Position numbers and translations under genes: made by a program
The notes under the pieces: generated by a model
Databases searched by the model: none
What the model was told of the DNA's origin: nothing
What the model saw: the letters and a program-made list of their open reading frames with translations, nothing else
In this document: positions 38,521-48,239 of the stretch, piece after piece
Numbering within the stretch: position 1 is the stretch's first letter
How the letters are laid out: every line of letters starts with the position of its first letter
DNA from: Chitinophagaceae bacterium
Lineage (GTDB): Bacteria; Bacteroidota; Bacteroidia; Chitinophagales; Chitinophagaceae
Length of the DNA: 64,000 nucleotides
Direction of reading: 5' to 3'
Assembly: GCA_025449645.1 (NCBI GenBank)
Contig: JANWIY010000015.1
Span: 6,615 to 70,614 of the forward strand

Positions 38521-39141
38521 TCATTCTTCGATCTGTGTGACGCCGCCGGAAATCGCAAATTTCATGGCTTCTGTTGAGCTGATATCAGTTATGATCCGAA
38601 CTCTATCTTTCCTCACAAAATAAAGATGGCCGGCAAAAGCATAGGACTGCGGAACATAAACGGAAATATAGTCCTGCAAACCAAATTCATTTAATTCCTC
38701 ATGAGTAATAAAGCCGATCCGCCACACATCTGCGGCTTCGATGGAAACCAGGACTGATTTATCAAATTTCCTCTTATTGCCCGCAAAAGCTTCAAAGAAG
38801 TCTTTGATTGTGGTATAAATGATTTTGATGCCTGGTGTTTTCTCAAGAATACTATCGAAAAGCTCAACCAGTTTGCTTACAATGAAGGATGAGGAAACAT
38901 AGCCCACGATCAGTGCGATGAGGATCACTAAAATAAATCCAAGTCCGGGTATCCGCCTTGGTTGGCCACTCTCATCCAGCGCCAGGCGGGGGAAAATACT
39001 ATGAATGAAATTCGGCAGAATGTTGTCGATCCAATTGAATATCGATATGACAGCAAAAATGGTTATGGTAATGGGTGCCAGGATGATCAATCCCTGTAAA
39101 AAATATCTGAACAGTTTGCCTGCAGCGGTTTTAAGTTTCAT
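38521..39141 (-). CDS. DUF502 membrane protein
   Basis: YFLQGL...AP..IT, PGIK.IY..IKD, GF.T, VYVP, AMKFAISGG; start 39141 with TACTTTTG at 39160-39167. Confidence 0.85.
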   Translation of the reverse strand: MKLKTAAGKLFRYFLQGLIILAPITITIFAVISIFNWIDNILPNFIHSIFPRLALDESGQPRRIPGLGFILVILIALIVGYVSSSFIVSKLVELFDSILEKTPGIKIIYTTIKDFFEAFAGNKRKFDKSVLVSIEAADVWRIGFITHEELNEFGLQDYISVYVPQSYAFAGHLYFVRKDRVRIITDISSTEAMKFAISGGVTQIEE

Positions 39142-39253
39142 AACCCATGGTTTGTGATTCAAAAGTAAACAAACATTCTGCCGGCTCCATGTATAAAACA
39201 CGCTGTGAACCTGCACTTTCAGCCTGAATTGTAAAAAAATATAAATTCTGTTA

Positions 39254-39290
39254 GGAAACTTTGGTAACAAAAAAAGTTTCCATAGTTTTG
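39254..39290 (+). promoter_or_regulatory. Bacteroidota sigmaA promoter of tetR operon overlapped by palindromic operator
   Basis: TTTG 39260-39263, 19-nt spacer, TAGTTTTG 39283-39290; GGAAACTTT-N10-AAAGTTTCC at 39254-39281. Confidence 0.75.
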
Positions 39291-39313
39291 CATTCTTAAG
39301 GGAGTTAAAGAAA

Positions 39314-39955
39314 ATGGAAAACAAAGAGAAAATAGAAAGCAAGGGCAGGATATTGGAAAAAGCGACGGATCTCTTCATGCGCTATGGCATCCGGTCGATT
39401 ACCATGGATGAAATTGCGGCACAACTGGGCATTAGCAAAAAAACGATTTATCAGTTCTTTACGGATAAGGACGAGATGGTTGAAGCCGTGGTGGATGAGG
39501 AAATGAAAGAAAATGAGGAGGCCTGCAGAGAATTCAAAGTAAATGCAGAGGACGGTGTTCATGAAATTTTCCTGACCATGGAAAACATGCAGGAGATGCT
39601 GAAAACCATGAACCCCCAGCTGATGTACGACCTGGAGAAACATCATCCCGGGGCTTACCGCAGGTTAAAGCAGTACAAGTATCATTTTTTATATACCATG
39701 ATTAAAGAAAATCTGGAACGTGGAATAAAAGAGGAGATTTACCGCAGTGACCTGAATCCCGACATCACAACCCGGCACCGGATTGAATCCGCCTTCATGA
39801 TTTTTAATCAGGATGCTTTTCCGCAGAATAAATTTCCGATGAACCAGACCTGTCAGGAGCTTGCCCTCTTATACCTGCATAGCATATGTAATTCCAGGGG
39901 CAAAAAACTGATCGACAAATATTTGAATGACAGACAAAAGACTACCTATGAATAG
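39314..39955 (+). CDS. TetR/AcrR family transcriptional regulator
   Basis: LF...G..SITMDEIA..LGISKKTIYQFF..K HTH. Confidence 0.93.
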   Translation: MENKEKIESKGRILEKATDLFMRYGIRSITMDEIAAQLGISKKTIYQFFTDKDEMVEAVVDEEMKENEEACREFKVNAEDGVHEIFLTMENMQEMLKTMNPQLMYDLEKHHPGAYRRLKQYKYHFLYTMIKENLERGIKEEIYRSDLNPDITTRHRIESAFMIFNQDAFPQNKFPMNQTCQELALLYLHSICNSRGKKLIDKYLNDRQKTTYE

Positions 39956-41360
39956 AAACTTTGGTATGAAAAAAGCACTAATCATTGCCATACTCCTTTC
40001 GGGAGCCGCTTACCTGCAGGCACAGCAGGTCCATGCTTTTTCGGTTAAGGATGCCATTGATTACGCGCATAAAAATAATGCCCGTATCAAAAATGCCATC
40101 CTCGACCTCCAGATCCAGTTACAAAGCAATAAGGCCATAGCCGCCGGCGCATTACCCACGGTGAGTGCGACCGCTGGTACCACCGATTATTTTAACATTC
40201 CGGTTCAACCGGTTTCGGACTTTATCACGCCGGCAATTTATGGTGTACTTGTTCAGCAAGGGGTCAAGGATGCCAATGGTAATCCGATCACGATGCCTTC
40301 CGGAGAACCTGCCGTTTTCCCATTTTCGCTTTACCAGAAATATAGCGCAAATGGCGGTGTCACGCTGCAGCAAACCTTATTTGACGGTCAGGTATTCGTG
40401 GGTTTGAAGGCAAGAAAGACATCCATTGATTACGCCCGGAAAGCGATAGATCTTACAGAAGAGAATATCCGGGTGAATATTTACAAACTATATTATCAGT
40501 TGGTAGTGGGTAAAACCATGATTGAACAGATCAATGCCAATATAATGCGTGCAGAAAAACTATTGCACGATGCAGGCGAAATGTATGCCAACGGGTTTTC
40601 AGAAAAACTGGACGTGGACAGGGCAACCGTACAACTGGCTAATTTAAAGACGCAGCAACTTAGCACCCAGAATAACATTGATAACGGCTATCTCGGATTA
40701 AAGTATCTGCTGGGTATGCCAATCGGGGATTCCCTGGTGCTGACGGATCAATTCACGGAAGAAGACGTTAAAAGCAGCATGCTGACGGATACGACCCACA
40801 AATATGAAGATAGAAATGACTACCAGGGTCTTCAGCTCCAGCAAAAACTGAACGATTTCAATATTCAGAGGTACAAGTCCAGTTATTATCCTACAGTCAA
40901 TCTGAATGGCGCTTTCCAAAAGAATGCTTTCAGTAATACGTACAACTTTTTCAACAAAAGTGGTTCCTGGTTCACGACTTCATACATCGGACTGAATATT
41001 AATATCCCGATTTTCAGCGGATTTTCGAAAGATGCGAATCTGAAAAAATCACGCCTCCAGTCCTTGCAGGTAAAAAACCAGATTGAAGACCTGAAAATTT
41101 CGATTGACAATGATATCGCCCAGGCGCAAAATAATTTCCGGACTGCTATAATCACGGTCGATAATCAGAAGCAAAACAAAGCCCTGGCAGAATCGGTCTA
41201 CGATCAAACCAAAAAGAAATACGAATCGGGCCTTGCCTCCAATACGGATATTACCAATGCGCAAACGGACCTGATTACAGCCCAAACCAATTACGTAAAT
41301 GCGCTTTACAATGCTATCATCGCCAAAATTGATTATCTCAAATCCATTGGAAAAATATAA
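39948..41360 (+). CDS. TolC family outer membrane efflux protein
   Basis: Signal peptide; LP.VS, YY.L, YP.VNL, IPIFSG, Y..G OEP repeats; start 39948 or 39966. Confidence 0.9.
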   Translation: MNRNFGMKKALIIAILLSGAAYLQAQQVHAFSVKDAIDYAHKNNARIKNAILDLQIQLQSNKAIAAGALPTVSATAGTTDYFNIPVQPVSDFITPAIYGVLVQQGVKDANGNPITMPSGEPAVFPFSLYQKYSANGGVTLQQTLFDGQVFVGLKARKTSIDYARKAIDLTEENIRVNIYKLYYQLVVGKTMIEQINANIMRAEKLLHDAGEMYANGFSEKLDVDRATVQLANLKTQQLSTQNNIDNGYLGLKYLLGMPIGDSLVLTDQFTEEDVKSSMLTDTTHKYEDRNDYQGLQLQQKLNDFNIQRYKSSYYPTVNLNGAFQKNAFSNTYNFFNKSGSWFTTSYIGLNINIPIFSGFSKDANLKKSRLQSLQVKNQIEDLKISIDNDIAQAQNNFRTAIITVDNQKQNKALAESVYDQTKKKYESGLASNTDITNAQTDLITAQTNYVNALYNAIIAKIDYLKSIGKI

Positions 41361-41378
41361 ACGCCAAACAAATTTTTT

Positions 41379-42524
41379 ATGAATAAGATCATTTTATCAT
41401 TTATCCTTACCGGCGCCTTTCTGATTGTTTCCTGCGGACAATCCGGTGATCCCGTTGCAAAGAAGAAAGAAGCGTTGCAAAAATTAAAAGATGAACAGTC
41501 GGCTTTATCCAAAAGAATTCTTCAGGCAGAAGATGAATTGTCCAGGCTGGATACTTCTGCCGCTAAGAAAGAAAAGACAAAGCTGGTTGCAGTTCAGGCC
41601 CTTGCTCCCGGAAATTTTACCCACTTCATAGATCTTCAGGGAAAGATAGATGCGTTGAATATTGCTTATGTAACACCGAGAAACGGCGTGGGCGGCCAGG
41701 TAAAGGAAATTTATGTAAAGCAGGGGGATGCAGTGAAGAAAGGGCAACTTTTATTAAAACTCGATGACGCCATTTTGGTTCAGCAACTTGCGCAAGCAAA
41801 GCAGCAACTTTCTTTTGCACAGAATCTTTACCAAAGAAGGAAGAATCTCTGGGCGGATAAGATCGGCACCGAAGTGGAACTGGTAACTGCAAAAAATCAG
41901 GTTGACCAGGCCCAGCGCCAGGTAGATATTGTCAATCAGCAGATAGACCAAACGAGGGTAAATGCTGATATCAACGGTGTTGCCGATCAGGTAAATATCC
42001 GGATGGGAGAATTTTTTAACGGTAATAATCAGATCAGAATTGTAAATACCAGCAACCTGAAAGCCGTAGCCCAGGTGCCGGAGGTCTATCTGAGCAAGGT
42101 CAGCGTAGGCAGCAATGTAAAGGTGCTGATCCCGGAACTGAATAATAAAACGATACTGACGAGGATATCGGTTACGGGTAAACTCATTGACCAGAATACA
42201 AGAAGTTTTTACGTGGAAGCTAAAATTCCATACGAGAAGGATTTATATCCTAACCAGGTTGCACTGATCAGGATTCAGGACTATATGGCACATAATGCCA
42301 TAACAGTTCCCGTAAACACTCTGCAGAATGATGAAAATGGTAAGTATGTAATGATCGCAACAAAAGAAGGTGGCCGCCTCGTTGCGCATAAGAAACCGGT
42401 AACTGTCGGAATGACCTATGATGATAAAATCGAGATCAAATCGGGAGTCCAGGCAGGCGACAGTATTATAACGGACGGATACCAGGGTTTGTACGATGGG
42501 CAGCCCTTAAGTACCCAATCCTGA
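41379..42524 (+). CDS. RND efflux periplasmic adaptor (MFP) lipoprotein
   Basis: Lipobox IVSC; G.V..IYVKQGD.VKKGQ.L lipoyl motif; A.I.G. Confidence 0.92.
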   Translation: MNKIILSFILTGAFLIVSCGQSGDPVAKKKEALQKLKDEQSALSKRILQAEDELSRLDTSAAKKEKTKLVAVQALAPGNFTHFIDLQGKIDALNIAYVTPRNGVGGQVKEIYVKQGDAVKKGQLLLKLDDAILVQQLAQAKQQLSFAQNLYQRRKNLWADKIGTEVELVTAKNQVDQAQRQVDIVNQQIDQTRVNADINGVADQVNIRMGEFFNGNNQIRIVNTSNLKAVAQVPEVYLSKVSVGSNVKVLIPELNNKTILTRISVTGKLIDQNTRSFYVEAKIPYEKDLYPNQVALIRIQDYMAHNAITVPVNTLQNDENGKYVMIATKEGGRLVAHKKPVTVGMTYDDKIEIKSGVQAGDSIITDGYQGLYDGQPLSTQS

Positions 42525-42566
42525 TTCCGGGCACCTTCTCATTATTCAACCACAGAATATCTTTTT

Positions 42567-45500
42567 ATGAGCGCATTGGAAAATTTTAAAGGAAGGATCA
42601 AGGAATTCAAACCCACGAGCTGGGCAATCAACAATAAGACTTCGGTTTATTTGCTGATCATATTTGTAACGATCTTGGGTGTCAACAAATTTGTCAATAC
42701 TCCGAAAGAACAATTTCCGGACATTGTTATTCCCACTATATATGTGCAAACCACCTATGTCGGCAATTCCCCGAAAGACATTGAAAATCTGGTGACGCGT
42801 CCGATTGAAAAACAGATCAAGGGAATCACCGGGGCAAAAATCAACAAGCTGACAAGCACATCAATGCAGGATTATTCAGCCATAGTCGTTGAGTTTGAAA
42901 CAGGAGTGGAAACGGATGTTGCGCTCCAGAAAGTTAAAGATGCGGTGGATAAATCGAAACCGGACCTGCCGACGGATCTTACTACCCAACCCGATGTAAT
43001 GGAAGTGAGCCTGTCTGACCAGCCGATCATGTATGTAAATGTAAGTGGTGATTATGATATGCAGCACCTCAAGAAATATGCAGACGATCTGAAGGACAAG
43101 CTGGAAGAGCTTTCCGAGATAAATCGTGTGGACGAAGTGGGCGCTCCCGAACGTGAGTTCCAGATCAACGTGGATAATTACAAAATGCAAAGTGCAAATA
43201 TCACTTTCAACGATATTGCCAGCGCTGTAGCTTCTGAAAACCTGGATATTTCGGGCGGCCTCCTCGACGTGGGTAATATGAAACGCACGCTACAATTAAA
43301 AGGGCAGTTTAAGTCGGCCTCCGATATTGAACAGATCGTACTTCGGAATACATCCGGTTCGCCCATCTACCTGAAAGATATTGCCACGATCAAAGACACT
43401 GTTAAACAAAGTGAAAGCTATGCCCGCCTGGATGGGAAAAATGTGATCACCTTAAATATCATTAAACGCAGTGGAGAGAACCTGATCCAGACTTCGGATG
43501 ATGTGAAGGCTTCAGTTGAGGAATTGCGTGCATCCCAGTTTCCGAAAAACCTGAATGTGGTAATTACCGGAGACCAAAGCAAAAGCACACGCAGCTCCTT
43601 TAACGACCTGGTGAATTCCATCGTGATCGGATTTATTCTCGTGTTGCTGATCCTGATGTTTTTTATGGGTGTCACCAACGCGTTTTTTGTGGCCCTTTCC
43701 GTGCCACTCAGCATGTTCCTCGCCTTCCTTTTCTTACCTGCTGCGGATTTAATTATCGGTGGCAGCGTTACGTTAAATTTCATCGTGCTTTTTGCGTTGC
43801 TATTTGGGCTGGGCATTATCGTGGATGATGCCATCGTGGTCATTGAAAATACGCATCGGATATTTATGGAGGGGAAAGGCAAAATTAATTCCGTGATTGC
43901 TGCAAAGGTTGCGGCAGGCGAAATTTTTATCCCGGTATTGGCCGGAACACTTACCACGCTTGCCCCTTTCTTCCCCTTGCTTTTCTGGCCGGGCATCATT
44001 GGTAAATTCATGATCTATCTTCCGGTCATGCTGATCTTCACGCTAACCGCATCACTCATCGTGGCATTTTTAATGAACCCGATCTTTGCGGTGGATTTCA
44101 TGAACCATCCTGAAGCTGGTAATGCCAGGTCCAAGTCCCGGATTTTCAGAAAGCCCTTGTTCTGGATAATCCTGTTCGCGGGAATTCTAATGGATTTGGG
44201 GCATTTCACTTTCGGCGGAAATATCCTGATCCTTTTTGCTTTCCTGATGCTGCTGAATACTTATGTTTTTGAAGGCATGATCCGGACTTTTCAAAACAAA
44301 AGTCTTCCCTGGATCATGAGTCACTATGAAAACCTGTTGAGATGGGCCTTAAAGGGATGGCGGCCGGTCTGGCTGCTCATCGCCACTTTCCTGCTGCTTA
44401 TATTTTCAGTGGTTTTTCTTTTTGTGCGAAAAGTGCCTGTCGTATTTTTTCCAAAGGGAGATCCCAATTTTATTTTTGTTTATCTGAAACTTCCTGTAGG
44501 TACCAATGTGGATTATACTGACTCGGTTACGCATCAGCTCGAAGACCGGGTATACAAGGTGCTGGATATGGCTAACGGAAAGTCAAATCCGATTGTGGAG
44601 AGTGTTATTTCCAACGTAGCCATAGGTGCAAACAATCCGCAGAGCGGCGACCGGAGCACGCAGCCGGAACTTGGCCGCGTTCAGGTTAGTTTTGTGGAAT
44701 TTGCAAAAAGGAACGGTCAGCATACCACCCCTTATCTGGATTCGATCCGGCACGTGCTGAAAGGTATTCCGGGAGCCACTATATCTGTCGATCAGGAACA
44801 AAACGGGCCGCCTACTGATCCACCAATCAATATTGAGATCAGCAGTGATAATTTTGATGACCTGACTAAGACCGCTGTAGCATTGAAAAATTACCTGGAT
44901 TCGCTGCAGACGCCCGGTGTGGAAGAACTTAAGATGGATGTGGATCTTACCAATCCGGAGATCACACTTACGGTGGACAGGGAAAGGGCCATGACCGAGG
45001 GTGTAAGCACATCACAGATCGGGCAGCAGATCAGAACAGCTTTATTTGGCAGGGAAGTATCCAAGATCAAAGACAATAAGGATGAATATAAAATCCAGTT
45101 GCGCAATAACGAACTGCAGCGCCAGAACCTGACCGGGTTACTGAATATGAAGATCGTGTTTCGCGATATTTCCAACGGAAGCATCAAGCAAATTCCCATT
45201 GCGAACCTGGTTAAAGTAGATTATACCAGTACTTACGGAAGCATTAAACGAAAAGCCCTGAAACGAGTCATCACACTTTATTCCAATGTGCTCACGGGCT
45301 ATACGCCTACCGCAGTGAATTCGGAATTGAAAGATGCCATTGACAACTTTAATCAAAAGGCCGATGATGTCAATATTGTTCAAACCGGAGAAGGGAAACA
45401 GCAGGAAGAAACAGCTTCCTTCCTTGGTTCAGCACTCATGGTTGCCCTGATGCTGATCCTTTTCATCCTGGTTCTCCAGTTCAATTCAATCAGCAAGCCC

Positions 45501-46142
45501 GTGATTATCCTGACTGAAATTTTGTTTAGTGTGATCGGTGTATTGCTTGGATTTGGATTCACCGGAATGACCATTTCCGTCGTGATGACGGGATTGGGCG
45601 TTGTTGGCCTCGCCGGTATCGTTGTTAAAAACGGGATCCTGGTTATTGAGTTCGCAGACGAATTAAGAAGCCGGGGCATGAAAACCAGGGAAGCACTTAT
45701 CAAGGCGGGAAAGACAAGGATAATTCCCGTCATGCTTACCGCACTGGCCGCAATCCTTGCACTGATACCGCTTGCCATCGGATTTAATATCAATTTTGTC
45801 AGTCTTTTTGCCGAACTCAATCCGCACATCTTTTTCGGAGGAGACAGTGCAGTATTCTGGAAGCCCTTGTCCTGGACAATCATATTCGGGCTCGCTTTTG
45901 CTTTTTTCATGACCCTTGTGATTCTCCCGAGCATGTACCTGATCGCAGAAAGATTGAAGCGGCCGATGCGCCGATACTTCGGAGGCAAGTGGATATCTCT
46001 GCTGGGAATTCCGCCACTGACATTTATATTCCTGCTGATATTTATTCCGATTACCGTGGTCAGGCATTTTATAGAAAAGAGTAGAAGAAAAAGGGCCGCC
46101 GGCGGCCGCGTGGATGAAATATGGGCCGGATCCTGGTTCTGA
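42567..46142 (+). CDS. RND efflux permease (AcrB/AcrD/AcrF family)
   Basis: GIIVDDAIVVIEN, GIVVKNGIL, R..PV.LT; two large periplasmic loops. Confidence 0.95.
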   Translation: MSALENFKGRIKEFKPTSWAINNKTSVYLLIIFVTILGVNKFVNTPKEQFPDIVIPTIYVQTTYVGNSPKDIENLVTRPIEKQIKGITGAKINKLTSTSMQDYSAIVVEFETGVETDVALQKVKDAVDKSKPDLPTDLTTQPDVMEVSLSDQPIMYVNVSGDYDMQHLKKYADDLKDKLEELSEINRVDEVGAPEREFQINVDNYKMQSANITFNDIASAVASENLDISGGLLDVGNMKRTLQLKGQFKSASDIEQIVLRNTSGSPIYLKDIATIKDTVKQSESYARLDGKNVITLNIIKRSGENLIQTSDDVKASVEELRASQFPKNLNVVITGDQSKSTRSSFNDLVNSIVIGFILVLLILMFFMGVTNAFFVALSVPLSMFLAFLFLPAADLIIGGSVTLNFIVLFALLFGLGIIVDDAIVVIENTHRIFMEGKGKINSVIAAKVAAGEIFIPVLAGTLTTLAPFFPLLFWPGIIGKFMIYLPVMLIFTLTASLIVAFLMNPIFAVDFMNHPEAGNARSKSRIFRKPLFWIILFAGILMDLGHFTFGGNILILFAFLMLLNTYVFEGMIRTFQNKSLPWIMSHYENLLRWALKGWRPVWLLIATFLLLIFSVVFLFVRKVPVVFFPKGDPNFIFVYLKLPVGTNVDYTDSVTHQLEDRVYKVLDMANGKSNPIVESVISNVAIGANNPQSGDRSTQPELGRVQVSFVEFAKRNGQHTTPYLDSIRHVLKGIPGATISVDQEQNGPPTDPPINIEISSDNFDDLTKTAVALKNYLDSLQTPGVEELKMDVDLTNPEITLTVDRERAMTEGVSTSQIGQQIRTALFGREVSKIKDNKDEYKIQLRNNELQRQNLTGLLNMKIVFRDISNGSIKQIPIANLVKVDYTSTYGSIKRKALKRVITLYSNVLTGYTPTAVNSELKDAIDNFNQKADDVNIVQTGEGKQQEETASFLGSALMVALMLILFILVLQFNSISKPVIILTEILFSVIGVLLGFGFTGMTISVVMTGLGVVGLAGIVVKNGILVIEFADELRSRGMKTREALIKAGKTRIIPVMLTALAAILALIPLAIGFNINFVSLFAELNPHIFFGGDSAVFWKPLSWTIIFGLAFAFFMTLVILPSMYLIAERLKRPMRRYFGGKWISLLGIPPLTFIFLLIFIPITVVRHFIEKSRRKRAAGGRVDEIWAGSWF

Positions 46143-46150
46143 TGCAAATG

Positions 46151-46194
46151 AAAAAGCCGCGGAAGTTTGAATCCTAATCAAACTTTCGCGGCTT
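46151..46194. terminator. Hairpin terminator between convergent RND and BI-1 genes
   Basis: AAGCCGCGGAAGTTTGA-N7-TCAAACTTTCGCGGCTT, U-tract on the minus strand. Confidence 0.75.
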
Positions 46195-46212
46195 CACTGC
46201 AATAATATAAGA

Positions 46213-46962
46213 TCATCTCCTGCTGGAAAGTTTGGCCAGCAAGCGAAGGATTTCGAGATACAACCATACAATGGTAACCAGCAAACCAAAAGCACCATAC
46301 CATTCCATGTATTTGGGAGATCCTGCTGCCACTCCTTTCTCGATCATATCAAAATCCAGGATCAGGTTAAGAGCTGCAATGGCAACCACGAATAATGAAA
46401 AACCAATACCCAGGGCTGACCCCTCATGAATAAAAGGGATGTCAATGCCGAACATGCGCAACACGATAGACAACCCATAGAAAATTGCGATGCCGGCTGT
46501 GGCTACAAAAATTATAGATTTGAATTTCTCTGTTGCCTTGATCACACGGAAGCGGTAAAGAAGGAACATCGCGATGACTGCACCAAAAGTCAGCAGTACC
46601 GCCTGTGTAATAATGCCGGGAGCAGTTTTTGCGAATACATTATTATAAGTGGCGGATATAGCTCCGAGGAAAACGCCTTCAAACAAAGCATAAACCGGAG
46701 TCAGATAAGCGGCCCATTCCTTTTTAAAAGTGATTGTTATCGCAACGATAAAACCCAATATTGCAGATCCAATCATCCAGGGCATAACAGCAACACCGTC
46801 ATAAAAGGCCTTCCAGGTCAGTGAGGCAGAGGCCATTACCAGGAGAAACAATAGAAAGAACTTGTTTAGTGTTCCTGTTTCCGTCATCGTGCCTTCACCA
46901 GGGATGCTGACAGTATTCTGGAACACGTTTAGTGCTGGATTACCAGATTTAAAAATAGCCAT
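46213..46962 (-). CDS. Bax inhibitor-1/YccA family membrane protein
   Basis: SGNP, MT..GT..K, YA..EG, LILDFD.IE.G...G.PK..EW, VWLYLEILRLL. Confidence 0.9.
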   Translation of the reverse strand: MAIFKSGNPALNVFQNTVSIPGEGTMTETGTLNKFFLLFLLVMASASLTWKAFYDGVAVMPWMIGSAILGFIVAITITFKKEWAAYLTPVYALFEGVFLGAISATYNNVFAKTAPGIITQAVLLTFGAVIAMFLLYRFRVIKATEKFKSIIFVATAGIAIFYGLSIVLRMFGIDIPFIHEGSALGIGFSLFVVAIAALNLILDFDMIEKGVAAGSPKYMEWYGAFGLLVTIVWLYLEILRLLAKLSSRR

Positions 46963-47017
46963 AGTTAGATTCGTTTAGGAGATGCAATTTACGAAAAAGT
47001 AAAGGCAATTTTATATG

Positions 47018-48199
47018 CTATTTTCCGCGGGGCGGTTGCTGCGGAGGCCTGTTATTACGGCGCTGATGCGGAGGCAGTTGCCTTTGCATTTTCTTTTTCC
47101 GGTCTGCCTTATCCAGGGTTTTCAAACTGAACTGGCCTGCCAGATCCACGTTAACCAATTCCTCTTCCTTTGGTTTTCCTGTATTCACTTCTATGGCACC
47201 AAGGTCATCCGGGACCTTATTCTGCTGGTTCAGTTTCTTAATTTCTTTTACCCTTTCAATTGTTAATGGAAATTGTTTGTTGCTATCCGGCAATACATAC
47301 CACATGAGGTTTTTGAAAATGTCTTTTTTAATGAGTAGAGCGGTTCCCTTGGCAACCTGGAGTGTATCAGTATTATCCGGAAATTGCTGAAGCGCGTCGA
47401 GATAAGTATCCAGCTCGTAATTTAAGCAACATTTCAGGCGGCCGCACTGGCCACTTAGCTTACTTTGATTAATAGAAAGGTTTTGGTAGCGGGCAGCGGT
47501 TGTGTTCACTGATTTAAAATCCGTAAGCCAGGTGCTGCAGCAAAGTTCGCGGCCACAGCTTCCGATTCCGCCAACCTTTCCCGCTTCCTGACGGGCACCG
47601 ATCTGCCGCATTTCAACTTTTACCCGGAACTCTGAAGCAAAAATTTTGATCAGCTCGCGGAAGTCCACCCGGTCATCTGCTATATAATAAAATGTGGCTT
47701 TCCGCCCATCGGCCTGAATCTCCACCTGAGATACTTTCATGTCCAGCTTTAACTGGCGGGAAATGGCACGGGAACGGATCACGGCTTCTTTTTCCCGCCC
47801 CTTATTTTGACGAAGCAGGTCCAGGTCGCGGTCAGTGGCGTGGCGCATGATCTTCTTCATGTCCGGATGGTACTCATCCACATTTTTCTTCTTCATCTGA
47901 ATCCTGACCAGCTCTCCAGTTAAACTTACCTCTCCAACATCAAAACCGCCGACTCCTTCAACACTTACCAGTTCTCCTTTTTCGAAGATCTGCATCGTCG
48001 GATTCCGGAAAAAATCTTTCCGGCTGCCCTGATTAAAACTTATCTCAACCACCCGGCATTCGCTTGCCGGGTCATGAAAAGGAAGGTTTGAGAGCCAGTC
48101 AAATACATTCATCCGATTACAACTTCCGGTGCCGCAGCTTCCATGGCTTTTGCAACCGGTTGGCTTGCCATTGGCACTGCCACAATTAGAACATCCCAT
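47018..48199 (-). CDS. ricT: PSP1/RicT (YaaT) family Fe-S protein
   Basis: RVDFRELIK, EMRQIG.RQEA, G.CGRELCC, KLSGQCGRLKCCL.YE; Cys-rich N-terminus. Confidence 0.88.
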   Translation of the reverse strand: MGCSNCGSANGKPTGCKSHGSCGTGSCNRMNVFDWLSNLPFHDPASECRVVEISFNQGSRKDFFRNPTMQIFEKGELVSVEGVGGFDVGEVSLTGELVRIQMKKKNVDEYHPDMKKIMRHATDRDLDLLRQNKGREKEAVIRSRAISRQLKLDMKVSQVEIQADGRKATFYYIADDRVDFRELIKIFASEFRVKVEMRQIGARQEAGKVGGIGSCGRELCCSTWLTDFKSVNTTAARYQNLSINQSKLSGQCGRLKCCLNYELDTYLDALQQFPDNTDTLQVAKGTALLIKKDIFKNLMWYVLPDSNKQFPLTIERVKEIKKLNQQNKVPDDLGAIEVNTGKPKEEELVNVDLAGQFSLKTLDKADRKKKMQRQLPPHQRRNNRPPQQPPRGK

Positions 48200-48239
48200 A
48201 TGTATTGATTAACCAGCAATTGTCAAATATACTAAGTTC

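Noticed and set aside
45380-46147. 255-aa antisense ORF
   Set aside because: Shadow of the RND permease transmembrane region.
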